Assembly (NCBI GenBank): GCA_003427395.1
Contig: BFEA01000018.1
Location: 5,922,261 to 5,986,260 of the forward strand
Direction of reading: 5' to 3'
Source: Chara braunii
Taxonomy: Eukaryota > Plantae > Charophyceae
DNA: 64,000 nt
Within the stretch, counting starts at the first letter, position 1. Every line of letters starts with the position of its first letter. A model generated the notes under the pieces. The model was given only the letters and a program-made list of their open reading frames with translations. It did not search any database and was not told the origin of the DNA. The translations under genes were made by a program, and so were the position numbers. Below are positions 25,384 to 38,399 of the stretch, piece by piece.

Positions 25384-26466
25384 ATTCAAATTTCAGAAAT
25401 CTCAACGGAGGAAATTCCAATGCCCCAAATGATAGCAAATTTGGCACACAGCAACCTTGACCCAAAACTAGTGACGAACCACTTTTTGAAGTTGCGCAAC
25501 TTTCTGCGCGAAGCTACTTGGGGAAATACAACGGGTTGGACGGGAGAACTGTGGGAAGATGGGTTGGGCGGGCAAATTGCATGGAGACCCTCATTTCTTT
25601 TCGTTTTTTTTTTTTGTTGGAAGTCGGATCGGTGTCGGGAAAATCCCGTGCCAATGGTTGGGTGGTTGCTCCATGACGGGCACGAGAAATAACTGTACCA
25701 TAGCTTCTTTCTTGTTCTACTGTGAGCACAGGGGATTTTTGGCACGATCATCGCGCGGGGATATCGTTTTTGAATTTTCAACTGATGGGTTCGCAGAATT
25801 GTTTTTCTCATTTTCGGAATTTCCTTTTTGTAATTAGGACTTAGGATAGGAATTTGGGAACACTTAATTTTGCTGCGCCGCGCTTGCGCGCATCTTGCTG
25901 CGCTGGAAACTAGACTCTGACTGGATCGCGCCCTTAACCTTGTGTAACTGTCATTTTTGGCGGGCGCGATTGCAACTGTATCTTTCTTCTTTTTTGGGCT
26001 CCCTCGTGTTTACCCGCCTTCTCCTTCTTCCTTGCTGCGCATACTCTGTTTTAATTGGGCGGAGCGCGTGCATGACCAGATGGATGCATGGAGTGTGGCT
26101 ACGACCCCCACGCCGCGGCTTGGCCATGCATGCGTATGCACTTCCTCTCTTTCCCTCTTGGCCACTTGGCCTTAATCTCGTACCTTCGCGCAGGCATGCA
26201 TGCTATAAATTTCGCAAGCGCGATTAGTTGTCTCTCTAAGAATTTCGAGATTAGTGCGATCAGTGAGGATCGGCTAACGAGCAAGGTTGGAAGTTGAGTG
26301 AGTGTGAGAGTTGGGTGATCCGACGAGCTGGTGTCGGGTATGCGGGGTTGACGTGCGGGGCCACGACGGACTGTGGCGCACGGGTGAACCTGGCTTGCGT
26401 GCTCGAACCAAGGGGGGTGACAACTCTTTGTTTATGCGCGGCGACGGACTGGCCGCATCGGGAGCG

Positions 26467-26545
<79 letters not shown>

Positions 26546-26600
26546 NNNNNNNNNNNNNNNNNNNNNNNNNNNNNNNNNNNNNNNNNNNNNNNNNNNNNNN

Positions 26601-26638
<38 letters not shown>

Positions 26639-28912
26639 ACAGTTATGTGGGTGTGGGATAAGGTTATTTTCGTTGTTCCTTTCTTTTCCTTTGTTCCTCT
26701 GTATAATTTTGGATCCGGATATGGTCGATTTTATCGCGGCCTTCTTTTTGGACCTCTTTTGTAAATCATCTCGGATTTTCCTTCTCGTTTGTATTTTGTA
26801 TGTATGCATGGAATGAATGTGAGTCCCCTTTATTAGCGATCCTTTCGAATTTTTAATCTTGTTTGGCGATGCCCGTTTCGACTTTGTCTATTGATCACTT
26901 GCGTAAGCTGTAGGCTCAGACATGATTGAGAGCGCTCAATTATGGACGTTTTGGTTCAGTCGTTACAGTGCTATAAGAAGTTGACGATCCTTTCTCTTCT
27001 TTCCCCCTTTTTGTCACATGTATGATATGCAATGATCGGATTTCACTCGACGCTGCAGGGATAGGATATTTGCATGCATGTTGAATACGATCGACACGCT
27101 CAACCAACCCGTTGTTTCTCACGTGCACGCTTGCGTGTAACCACGATCTCGAGGAAACCAAGTCGCTACGTACGCGCTCGCCCGCGTGAGTCAGGCCGGA
27201 AATCCGTATGAGGATGAAGGGGACCGAACTTTCTAAACGGACATGGTTGCGGAATTTCTTTCTTGGATGTCCGATTGTGAGAGTCTGAGGGACCCGGAAT
27301 ACTGCGAGTACTGGGAAGGTGAACGACTCAGACGACGGGGGAACTTAAGAAACCCGGATTTCCCCTGTCTAAAAAAAAACGACCGATTATGTGCAAGGGA
27401 CTTTCACTGTGCCATAACTAACGACCCCAGGGGCCCCGATTACCCGGATACTTATAACACGCAATACTTCATATCCCCCAGCTTCGTCGTTATTACCACC
27501 AGTTTCCCTCCCTTCTACCTCCTCCTTCCATATCACCAACTCACGGTGGTGCCGTGGAATTCCATAGCCCGTTACTGGCCCCGCATACCGTGTGAAAAGT
27601 GTCGGCGGCACCAGACCTATCGAGCCTCGGAATTCGCTCGGCGAAACCGCACCGAAGCCGAGCAGCACCGACAACTGGCCGAACCACGCGGTTGGCCACA
27701 AAGGCGAAACCAGAGGAGATGGTGATTCCCGATCCTGTTAGGCTTGGAAGTTGAGTTCGTTGACAGGGACAATGTTGTTGGGATTTTGTTCGAGAATGCA
27801 AGAGTGTTTAAATCTGTTGGTACTGTGATTGTGGGAAAGCACCTGGGGATCTTTGGTCTGAGATACACTGCGCATGCCATCTGCCTTATGCTGCACGACA
27901 TCAGCGGCTTCCCGTTTGTGCACAAGTCCCGAGAAGCGGTCTACCATCCGTCTTACGGAAATTAAAAGTGCCAATTGCGGCATGCACCTACCCCCCCTCC
28001 CTTTTGCGCTTATACGTCGTTTTGATAGCCTCGGCCCCAGTATAAATTAGGGGACATGGTGCAGGTGAGGAAATGTGCTCGCCAAGGCAAGCTAGCGTCA
28101 CGATTCTTCGGGGATTTCGTGTGGTTGAGCTAGGTCCAAGCGGGGTGAACACGGTACGGCTTGCGTCGGAGGTGTCGGGAAGTCGATCGGCTTGTCTGAT
28201 CATTCGACACGTGTCCTACCTTCGTCCTCTCCCCTCTTCCCCTTCTCCTCCTTCGTCTGCATCGTCCCTCGACCAAGACGAGGACGACGACTTTCTAGAA
28301 TCCTCCTTTCTCTCTCAACCATCCTCTTCAACCCCGCCTCCATCGCTATGAGCTTTTCGACGGAGAAGGTGATCAGCGAGCGACTAATGGTACCTGGGGG
28401 AGCCTTCTCAGCGATCCGACAAGTGCGGCATCCTCGGTTGAGTCCAGATCTTCTCCGATCCGTGGCCTTTTTCAGTACGGCGGCCATTCACTCGGCGGCA
28501 GAGTTCCAGTTCGGGCAGTCCGGAGTGGCGCGAGTGTTGGCCGAGGTGTCAGCCTTTTTGCTTCTGTCTCCACCTGGTGAGAGCCATGTGTCGGTCGTTG
28601 TCGTCTTTACTCGCGACATCACGACGCTGCATCCATCACGGCACACGACCATCCTCTGACAACTGTGGGACTGGGCAGCAGGCCTTGCGACCGAGTGGGT
28701 GCGACTATTGGCACGACCGCGCAATTGCATCGTGACAACGAACGACATCGATCTTCAGCTCCGCCTCTCCTCCACCACGCCTGAAGTCACTCTTCCTGTG
28801 CTTCGTCCCTTTGCTCGGCCTCAATGAACCGCCATCGTCTCTCTACCTTCAGCCTCCCCTTTGATGGTCCCACGTTTTGGCAATCTGTCGAGGAAGCATC
28901 TTTGTCCTTCAC

Positions 28913-29649
28913 GATGAAGCAATTGGATGTGCCGATCCTAGACGCGGCGAAGTGGACACAGTGGCGGCAAGCCTACGTGGCGCTCAGTTTTTGCCTCCTT
29001 GAGGTTGCCTTCCATTGGGCGGAGCCTGCCGACCAAAGCACGGAGGATGAGATCCCGGGCGACGAGGTGGAGTAAGTGCTCATCCAGGGGTGGAAAACGG
29101 ACATGGAGGGAGATTTTTTGGGGAGAAGTGCGCAGCGGTCACCTTAGCTTCATTACGGATGAGCTGCTGGTGTTTCTGATCCAAGTGTTGGACGATCTGT
29201 CGTTGGAGATCCTCTCGCATTCCGACGAGAGACCAGGGATAGCCACACTCGCTCCTACCCTCGAGCCGCATCTTCTTTGGTCCACCTGTACGGAATTGGA
29301 GGGGAATGGCTACAACTTACCCTCAAGGGGTGCGTACCTAATCGTCGACGTCACTGACCTCTCCACGTGGGACCCGCTCATCCGGCGCGTCCCTATAGGA
29401 GAAACCATTGAGGAGGCCGAGGAGGAGGAAGAGGAAAGTGAGGGGGGCGGTCACCTCCAGTATACGAAAGGGGAGACGACGCCAGAGGAGGAGGAATCGG
29501 GAGCCGGGTCAGACGATCCCGATTATCAAGAATCGGAGGATGCAGAGTCGAAGGAGGCCAGTTCGGGAGAAGCGGAGAAAGAAGGTGAATCAGGGGGATC
29601 AAGTGGCCCCAACGAATTAAGCAAAGAGGAAAGGGAGGCCATGGCGTAG
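28913..29649 (+). pseudogene. Degenerate ORF inside the LTR-like unit
   Basis: MKQLDVPILDAAKWTQWRQAYVALSFCLLEVAFHWAEPADQSTEDEIPGDEVE* continues after a break into GEVRSGHLSFITDELLVFLIQVLDD..HLLWSTCTEL..DVTDLSTWDPLIRR and an acidic tail. Confidence 0.55.
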
Positions 29650-29716
29650 AGGGTACGGGCAGCAGCGGAAGGAAAGTTGCCGATCAAAGAGTCAGGAGGG
29701 CCGCCACTGCAATTAC

Positions 29717-30624
29717 TAGAGGGTGATCCGATGCGCAATCCAGAACCGTCGTGGATTGTGACGCAAGAGATGGAGGCGCCACCGCAGAGGGATCAAGAAG
29801 TAGGCGCCGCCAGAGAAGCGAGTCGCCCTCCCAATCCTCCCCAGTTCGACCCTCAACCCTTCATTTATGTCGAGATACGGGCGTTCGGGCTTCGTCCCCG
29901 GTTATTATCCCGCCATCCCCGTGACTTCCTCACTGTTCAGCAGCTCGTAGGTCAACCCCCGTTCCCCGATACATGGCAACCGTTTCCACTCTCTCTCTTG
30001 CATTATCACTACGCCACCCGCCTTCTGGTCACAATCTTCCCGCACGCCTCTACTCGTTCGCTCGTCACTTCCTTCCCCTTCCATGTCCTTCTCTTTAGCA
30101 TAGATTGACAGGAGTATAATAATATAGAGGTCTATTGTGTCATCCCGGGCACGATCCCCGCGTGCGAGGAATAGAGGGTGATCCAACGCGCAATCCAGAA
30201 CTGTCGTGGGAGGAAGACGCAAGAGATGGAGGCGCCACCGCAGAGGGATTAAGAAGCAGGCGCCGCCAGAGAAGTGAGTCGCCCTCCCAATCCTCCCCAG
30301 TTCGACCCTCAACCCTCCATTTACGTCGAGATACGGGCGTTCGGGCTTCGTCCCCAGTTATTATCCCGCCATCCCCGTGACTTCCTCACTGTTCAGCAGC
30401 TCGTAGGTCGACCCCCGTTCCCCAATACATGGCAACCGTTTCCACTCTCTCTCTTGCATCATCACTACGCCACCGGCCTTCTGGTCACAATCTTCCCGCA
30501 CGCCTCTACTCGTTCGCTCGTCACTTCCTTCCCCCTCCATGTCCTTCTCTTTAGCATAAATTGGCAGGGTTATAATAATATAGAGGTCTATTGTGTCATC
30601 GCGGGCACGATCCCCGTGTGCGAG
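29717..30624. repeat. ~452 bp tandem duplication
   Basis: 29717-30168 and 30172-30624 are near-identical. Confidence 0.9.
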
Positions 30625-31024
30625 AAATATGACGATTTCCTCGCTGCCCTCCGTCGCACCCTTTGCACCCTCTACCCTGACTACCTCGCTTCTCTCTCCC
30701 ATCAACGTCGACACCCTCGCTTCCCTCACATCCATCGTTCCATCCATTTCGTTCCACTCCCCTTCAGTGACGAGGAAGTTCATCGCTTCGTGCCCCCTTT
30801 TCCCCAAGCCTATCCACCGCCTCCCCCAATTGTAATTAGATTGCCTTTTCCAGGCAATATTTCAGATTGAGCGCAAGCATGCCACCATTGGATGACTTCC
30901 ACACTCGGATCCTACGGTAAGTAGCATGTGTCAGCTCCGCGTCGATCATCAGACAACCGATCGGCGCCTGATGAGAGAGCAAGCAGGAGCTTGCTCCAGT
31001 TTGGAACCCCCTCGGGGTCACATA

Positions 31025-32204
31025 TGTGACGAACCACTTTTGAAGTCGCGCGACTTTCTGCCTGAAGCTACCTGGGGGAATATGACGGGTCGGACGGGAG
31101 AACTGTGGGAAGATGGGTAGGGCGGGCAAATTGCATTGAGGCCCTCGTTTTTTTTTTTTTTTTTTTTTTTTGCAAGAAGTCGGATCGATATCGGGAAAAT
31201 CCCGTGCCAATGGTTGGGTGGTCGCGCCATAACGGGCGTGAGAAATAACTGTACCATAGCTTCTTTCTTGTTCTGCAGTGAGCACTAGGGATTTTTGGCA
31301 CGATCATCGCGCGGGAATATCGTTTTTAAATTTTCAACTGATGGGCTCGCAGAATTGTTTTTCTCATTTTCGGAATTTCCTTTTTGCAATTAGGACTTAG
31401 GATAAGAATTTAGGAACGCTTAATTTTGTTGCGCCGAGGTTATGCGCATCTTGTTGCGCTGGGAACTGGGCTCTGACTGGATCGCGCCCTTAATCTTGTG
31501 TAACTGTCATTTTTGGCGGGCGAAATTGCAACTGTATCTTTCTTCTTTCTTGGGCTCCCTCGTGTTTACCCGCCTTCTCCTTCTTCCTCGCCGCGCATAC
31601 TCTATTTTAAATGGCCGGAGCACCTGCATGACTGGATTGATGCGTGGAGTGTGGCTACGACCCCCACGCCACAACCTGGTCATGCAGGCGTAGACACTTC
31701 CTCTCTTCTCCTTTTGGCCACCTGGGCTTAATCTCGTACCTTTCGCGCAGGCATGCATGCTATAAATTTCGCAAGCGCAATTAGTTGTCTCTCTAAGAAT
31801 TTCGAGGTTAGCGCGATCAGTGAGGGTCGGCTAACGAGCAAGGTTAGAAGGTGAGTGAGTGTGAGAGTTGGGCGATCCCACGAGCTGGTGTCGGGTATGT
31901 GGGGTTGACATGCAGGGCCACAACGGACTGTGGCGCACGGGCGAGCCTGGCTTGCATGCTCAAACCAAACGGGGTGACAACTCTGTATTGATGCGCGGCG
32001 ACGGACTGCCTGCATCGGGAGCGCAGAGAGAGAGAGAGAGAGAGNNNNNNNNNNNNNNNNNNNNNNNNNNNNNNNNNNNNNNNNNNNNNNNNNNNNNNNN
32101 NNNNNNNNNNNNNNNNNNNNNNNNNNNNNNNNNNNNNNNNNNNNNNNNNNNNNNNNNNNNNNNNNNNNNNNNNNNNNNNNNNNNNNNNNNNNNNNNNNNN
32201 NNNN

Positions 32205-32254
<50 letters not shown>

Positions 32255-33615
32255 AATTGTGTGGGTGTGGGATAAGGTTATTTTCGTTGTTTTTTTCTTT
32301 TCCTCTGTTCCTCTGTATAATTTTGGATCCGGATATGGTCGATTTTATCGCGGCCTTCTTTTTGGACCTCTTTTGTAAATCGTCTCGGATTTTCCTTCTC
32401 TATTGTATTTTGTATGTATGCATGGAATGAATGTGAGTCCCCTTTATTAGCGATCATTTCGGATTTTTCATCTTGTTTTGCGATGCTCGTTTCGACTTTG
32501 TCTACTGATCACTTGCATAAGCTATACGCTCGGACATGATTGAAAGCGCTCAATTATGGACGTTTTGGTTCAGTCGTTAAGAGTGTTATAAAAAGTTGAC
32601 GATCCTTTCTCTTATTTCCCCCTTTTTGTCACATGTATGATATGCAATGATCGGATCTCACTCAACGTCGCAGGGACACGATATCTGCATGCATGCTGAA
32701 TGCGATCGACACGCTGAACCAACCCGTTGTTTCTCACGTGCACGCTTGTGTATAACTGCGATCTCGAGAAAACCGAGTCGCTACGTACGAGCTCGCTCGC
32801 GTGAGTCAGCCCGGAAAGCCATATGAGGATGCAGGGGACCGAACGTGATATGGCTGCGGAATTTCCTTCTTGGATGTCCGATTGTGAGAGTCTGAGGGAC
32901 CCGGAATACCGCGAGTACTGGGAAGGTGAACGACTCAGACGACGGGGGAACTTAAGAAACCCGGAATTCCCCTGTCTTACAGAAAACGATCGATTATGTG
33001 CAAGGGACTTTCACTGTGCCATAACTAACGACCCAAGGGGCCCCGATTACTCGGATACTTATAACATGCAATACTTTATATCGACCGGCTTCGTCGTTAT
33101 TACCACCAGTTTCCCTCCCTTCCACCTCCTCCTTCCATATCACCAAGTCACGGTGGTGCCGTGGAATTCCATAGCTCGTTACTGGCCCTGCATACCGTGT
33201 GAAAAGTGTCGATGACACCAGGCCTATCGAGCCTCGGAATTCGCTCGGCGAAACTGCATCGAAGTCGAGCGGCACCGACAACTGGTCGAACCATGCGACT
33301 GGCCACGAAGGCGAAACTGGAGGAGATAGTGATTCCCGTTTTTTTTAGGCTTGGAAGTTGAGTTCGTTGACAGGGACAATGTTGTTGGGATTTTGTTCGA
33401 GAATGCAAGAGTGTTTAGATGTGTTGGTACTTTGATTGTGGGAAAGCACCTGGGGATCTTTGGTCTTAGATACACTGCGCATGCCATCTGCCTTATGCTG
33501 CACGACATCAGCGGCTCCCCGTTTGTGCCCGAGAACCGGTCTACCCTTCGTCTTACGAAAATTAAAAGCGCCAACTGCGGCTTGCACCTACCCCTCCCCC
33601 CTTTTGCGCTTATAC
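31025..33615. mobile_element. Truncated second copy of the LTR-like unit
   Basis: Colinear with 25470-28015 with many substitutions; the match ends at cttttgcgcttatac. Confidence 0.85.
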
Positions 33616-35235
33616 CCCCGAAAGGACCGAAACTTGCCACAGGAGATCTCAGTTCTGACCTGGGACTCCACCCCCACTTTCCCAAAATCCTTGGCACACC
33701 CATTTTTCGCACTTCCGGGCCCCCATCCCACTCCAATCCGGAAGTCGCGCTAGGCGAGGTTAGGGCGTCACATGACAGCGGTGCTACTGAAACAGTACTC
33801 TCTCCCACTCACTCATTAATTTCATAATGCTTATGACGCCGCTAATGGTCCGGATACATTCCCCATTTGTACGCGGACAGAATGTGGTCCATCCACTATG
33901 CCAGTTGTCTTCACACTATTTGTCAATGCCCCGCCCCCCCCCCCCCCCCNGGGGGATGTGGGGGCAAATTTCTCAGGGTTTTGCTTCAATACTCACCAAA
34001 TGTGCAGAATTAGAATGACTCTTCTACTATAACGTGGAATAATACGCTGCCATATGTGTTGTCTTTTGTGCATGTGGTGAGTAGAGGCACTTAGGGCCTT
34101 TGCAAATGTGCAAAATTAGAATGAATTTTCTGCTGGAACGTGGAATAATATGACGCCATATGTTTTGTCTTTTGTGCATGTAGTGAGTACAGGCCCTTAT
34201 GGCCACTGCACGTATTCCTAAGAAAAGAAAAACGAGAAAACAAAAGAAACATGAGAAAATAAGAAAAAAACAAGAAAACAAAGAATTAGTGACCCATAAC
34301 TGTGATGCACGGACCTGAATTTGAATCCAGACTATATATTATTTGCCCATGCAGATAGACTAGAAAACTAATGTCCATCTCTGCTCCACGAGGGGTCCTT
34401 GCTAATTCGTAGGGGCCCTTTGGAAATGAGACTGGACACAACTAGGACATGCACCCAGATGCACACACATGTGCTTACAGTGTTGGGGTATGGGGTGGCC
34501 CCAACTTTTTTCCCTCTTGCAGTTTGATTTTCGGATGGGACGGGCATGTTTGGCCACCCCACCCTTTTAATAGAGGTCAAATTTCTTTTGTTTTTTTTCC
34601 TGTTTTTAGTGTTTGGGCGCACCCATCCTGTTTTTTCGGATCCAATGGGAGACCCCCGTTTTTTCGTTAAACGGGATTCAACGGGGTCCAAGGGAATTTA
34701 ATGGGCCCCGTTGTCTGTTTTTCGGACACACAGCCAACCATCTCTAATTGTAAGACTACCCTTCCTCGCTATACTGTGGCCGTGCAGTTGGCGCGACTAT
34801 CCCTACCATTCATATGGGCTCTGAATCGCGCTGCTACACAACCGCGCGTCCTCATTTTGAGTAGAATATATTCACACTTAAAACCTTAACAGTTATGCGC
34901 CCCAGTGACCCTGCCAGCAGCGGAGCACAACTGGTCGCGCCGCCGACCAATCACTGTCGTTACCAAACGCATACGTAGCTCCAAATAGTCTTATGACAAA
35001 CACGTCAAACTCATCAAGTCAAAAACCTCTAGCTATTGTCGGACCATGTCCTATATTGAAAATACCCGGTGGATACCCTTGTAAGGGTTTTTGCTCTGAC
35101 ACTGGTACCTTGCATCTTTCCAGCATGCCCTTGTAGCCGTTAGTGGCAGTCGAAGTTGTTCCCCTGGCGGAGGTATCGAGGCATATCGGAAATATGTCCA
35201 TACACATTGTCAAGCAAAATCCCGCCATAAACACA

Positions 35236-35310
<75 letters not shown>

Positions 35311-35389
35311 GCACCTACCAGAATAAAGAAACAGGCGGGTTCGAGCAAGGTATCGGCTGCACGCGAACCGGGTCCATGAAGTGCACTCT

Positions 35390-35453
<64 letters not shown>

Positions 35454-35517
35454 CACCATCCATGCATCGAAGTTGAGATGTCTTCCCACTATAACCACTC
35501 CCTTATATACTGATCTA

Positions 35518-35770
35518 TGAGTTGAAAACCGCTATTCCTTGTTTCTCATTGTATCATCCATCCATCGCTCTTATTCCTACTCCATGCTGTATTCTACTTA
35601 CCCATCTACTTTCCTTACAACATTCACACACGACGCATGGAGTAGGAATAACCGCCGTGTGTGAATGTTGTGAGTAAAGTAGATGGGTAAGTAGAATACA
35701 GCATGGAGTAGGAATAAGAGCGATGGATGGATGATACAATGAGAAACAAGGAATAGCGTTTTTCAACTCA
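35518..35770. repeat. Near-perfect inverted repeat (~115 bp arms)
   Basis: tgagttgaaaaccgctattccttgtttctc..acaacattcacacacg pairs with cgtgtgtgaatgttgt..gagaaacaaggaatagcgtttttcaactca. Confidence 0.95.
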
Positions 35771-35983
35771 CCCCCTACCCATCTACTTACCCGACATACT
35801 CTTCTCACCCCTTCAGCGGCGGCGCCCACAGACACACTTTTCATACGATAACCAAACGTTGTGTGTCCCTCTTTACTTCACCTATTGATTTCCTCAATTC
35901 AACTCACCCCCTCCCCTTCTCCTTCCTCAATTTTCCCTTTCCATTCTTTTTCTCCCCTTCGTACTTCTCTCTCTCTCTCTCTG

Positions 35984-36039
<56 letters not shown>

Positions 36040-36431
36040 CCTCTTTTTTTCCCTTTGTTTCTCTCTTTTTGTCGCTGCCACTCTCCCTCCTCCTCTCTCC
36101 TTCCCATCCCCCCTCCCTCTCCCTTTCGTGTCCCCCGACTCATCCCCTTCCTTACTTCCCACATACTCATATAGTGGTTCTGCCGGCACATCGCCGCTGT
36201 TTCTGCCATCCCTCCTGCTCTCCTTCATTAGTTCATCATGCACTGTCCGTGTATCACGTCGATCCCACTCTTCTAGTTCGTGCCAGATGGGTACACGTAC
36301 CTGCTCAGCTCCTGCACTTGCTTTGTCCTTTCTGATTGCGGGTGCCCAAAAAAGAAAGGAAACCCACCTGAGTGGCATTGCTGTGTGTGACAGACTGTTT
36401 TAGCGGACTTTCACGGACTCATCAGCAGGCG

Positions 36432-36466
<35 letters not shown>

Positions 36467-37059
36467 AGAGCTAGGACGTTGTGCACACACGACAGGAGGA
36501 CGGCAGGCAGAGGGGCATGGAAGGTGGAGAGCGACAGTAAACTTTGTGAAGCAATCGACGGAGGTCGAAGGCGGTGCGGCAGGCGACCAACGATGGATTG
36601 CAGCAGCAAGCCTTGCGTGGACTTGCAGCACCTTGCCAAAAACACTGCAAGTTTGAATTCGAACTGGTAGGGCCTCCCTGGTGAAGGGTATCTCACAAAG
36701 ATGCATCCCGGGCAGGAGGGTATCGCAGACAGCCACCAGGGAAGTGGGACCGGGGGTCCGGCGTCCTGGAAACTTGTGCCCCTCGCTGATGGGGGCCCGA
36801 GGGAACCAGGGGCACGACAGGGTATGTCGGCGGTCGGAGGGGCATTTCGAAATTGTTGTCTAGAAAAAAAAAAGGTCAGCGGCCTGCCGAGCCGCGGGGC
36901 TGAGAATTTGCGGTAACCTCTTTTCGATTCGATTTTCGAAGAAGGAAGGCGGGTTAGCCGTGATGGCACGGGAGCTTAGCGGCCGTGTGTGACCAGGAAC
37001 ACGACAGCGCGAGCCAAAGGAACGAGCATGTGCTGGAAAGCCCCTCTGTGGGCCAGTCG

Positions 37060-37373
37060 ATGGGCGATCAGGCGAAGAAGGGCTGCAGGAAGTCTTCCGC
37101 CGAGAGAGTCCAGTTCTACCTCAACGGAACGGGACGACGGAACGGAACGGAACGGATCGGAAAGGAGCCAACGCCGAAGCGGAAACTGAAACGGAACGAG
37201 ACGAAGCCAAGCGGAACGGAAAGAAACGCGACGAAAGGGGAGGTGGAGATGGAGATGGAGATGGAGGTGGAAATGAGGAGATTCAGCGATCTTCCCGATG
37301 ATCTGATTAGCAGGATTCTCGGTTTCGTCGAGGATGTACGAGATCTGTATTGTTGCGGGGCGACCTGCAAGAG
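37060..37373 (+). CDS. F-box/LRR protein, F-box exon (start uncertain)
   Basis: RFSDLPDDLISRILGFVEDVRDLYCCGATCK-AG|GTCAGT donor, phase 2. Confidence 0.8.
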
Positions 37374-38090
37374 GTCAGTTCGTCAAATTCTTTTTTTTCT
37401 TTCTTCTGTCTAGTCTCTTTTTCTTTCCCTGTCTATTCTCCGTTTATTCTTGGTTTCCTCAGCCCCCAGCACGCTCTTCACGCGAATACAACGTATGGTC
37501 ATTACAGCTGTATTTGGCCCATCTTTGAGTCTAAGATGCAGCAACAGTGATCGTACGTTGTATGAGGGTGAAGACGGTAGCTATGGTGGCTGTCGTTGCT
37601 GCGATGGCCTTCGTGTGTCGCTCTGGTTCTCTTCTTCCTCTTGGTTTTGCTCCATTTTCCTCTTCGATGACACTGAACCGAGCTTCTTCGCCTTCCTCTC
37701 CATCCACTTATCCCCTCCTCTCAATCTAGTCATCCGCTCTCCCTCCTCCCATCCTCGTTCCTTCGGCCCAGGTTCCACTTACCGAGATCGGTGTTTCCAC
37801 ATGGCCTTAAGTGGAAACTGGTTCCTCTGAAGTTCGTTCCCGCCAAAACGAAAACGAACGGCCCAGATTCGTTTGTGGACATCCACGTGGTCGCAAGTTG
37901 AATCTGATTTTGTACTCCTCGAATACCTCCTCCTCCTCCTCCTCCTTCTCTCTCTAACTCTCTCTTTCCTCCCCCCCCTCTCCCCCCCTTCTCCCTCCCT
38001 CCCTCCCTCCCTCCCTCCCTCTCTCTCTCTCTCTGTGTCTCTCTCTCCTTCCTGAGACCCCCGAACCCATCGACATGCTCCCTTCTCCAG

Positions 38091-38180
<90 letters not shown>

Positions 38181-38275
38181 GGTTCCCGATGCCAGCGTGT
38201 TCCCGATCCCACCTCTTCCACTGCCACGTACATATGCTCTATTGGCGCGGAGTAGAGCACAAGCTTGGTGATTGT

Positions 38276-38356
<81 letters not shown>

Positions 38357-38399
38357 GTAAAATTGTTTCATCCTCCTCTGTGTCTTCTTTATCTACTAA

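Larger units (their letters stand above)
25470..31022. mobile_element. ~5.5 kb LTR-like repeat unit with (T)GTGAC...GTCACA termini
   Basis: Short inverted TG..CA-type termini (the first base is A in this copy). The first 2.55 kb is repeated at 31025-33615. Carries a degenerate ORF. Confidence 0.7.
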
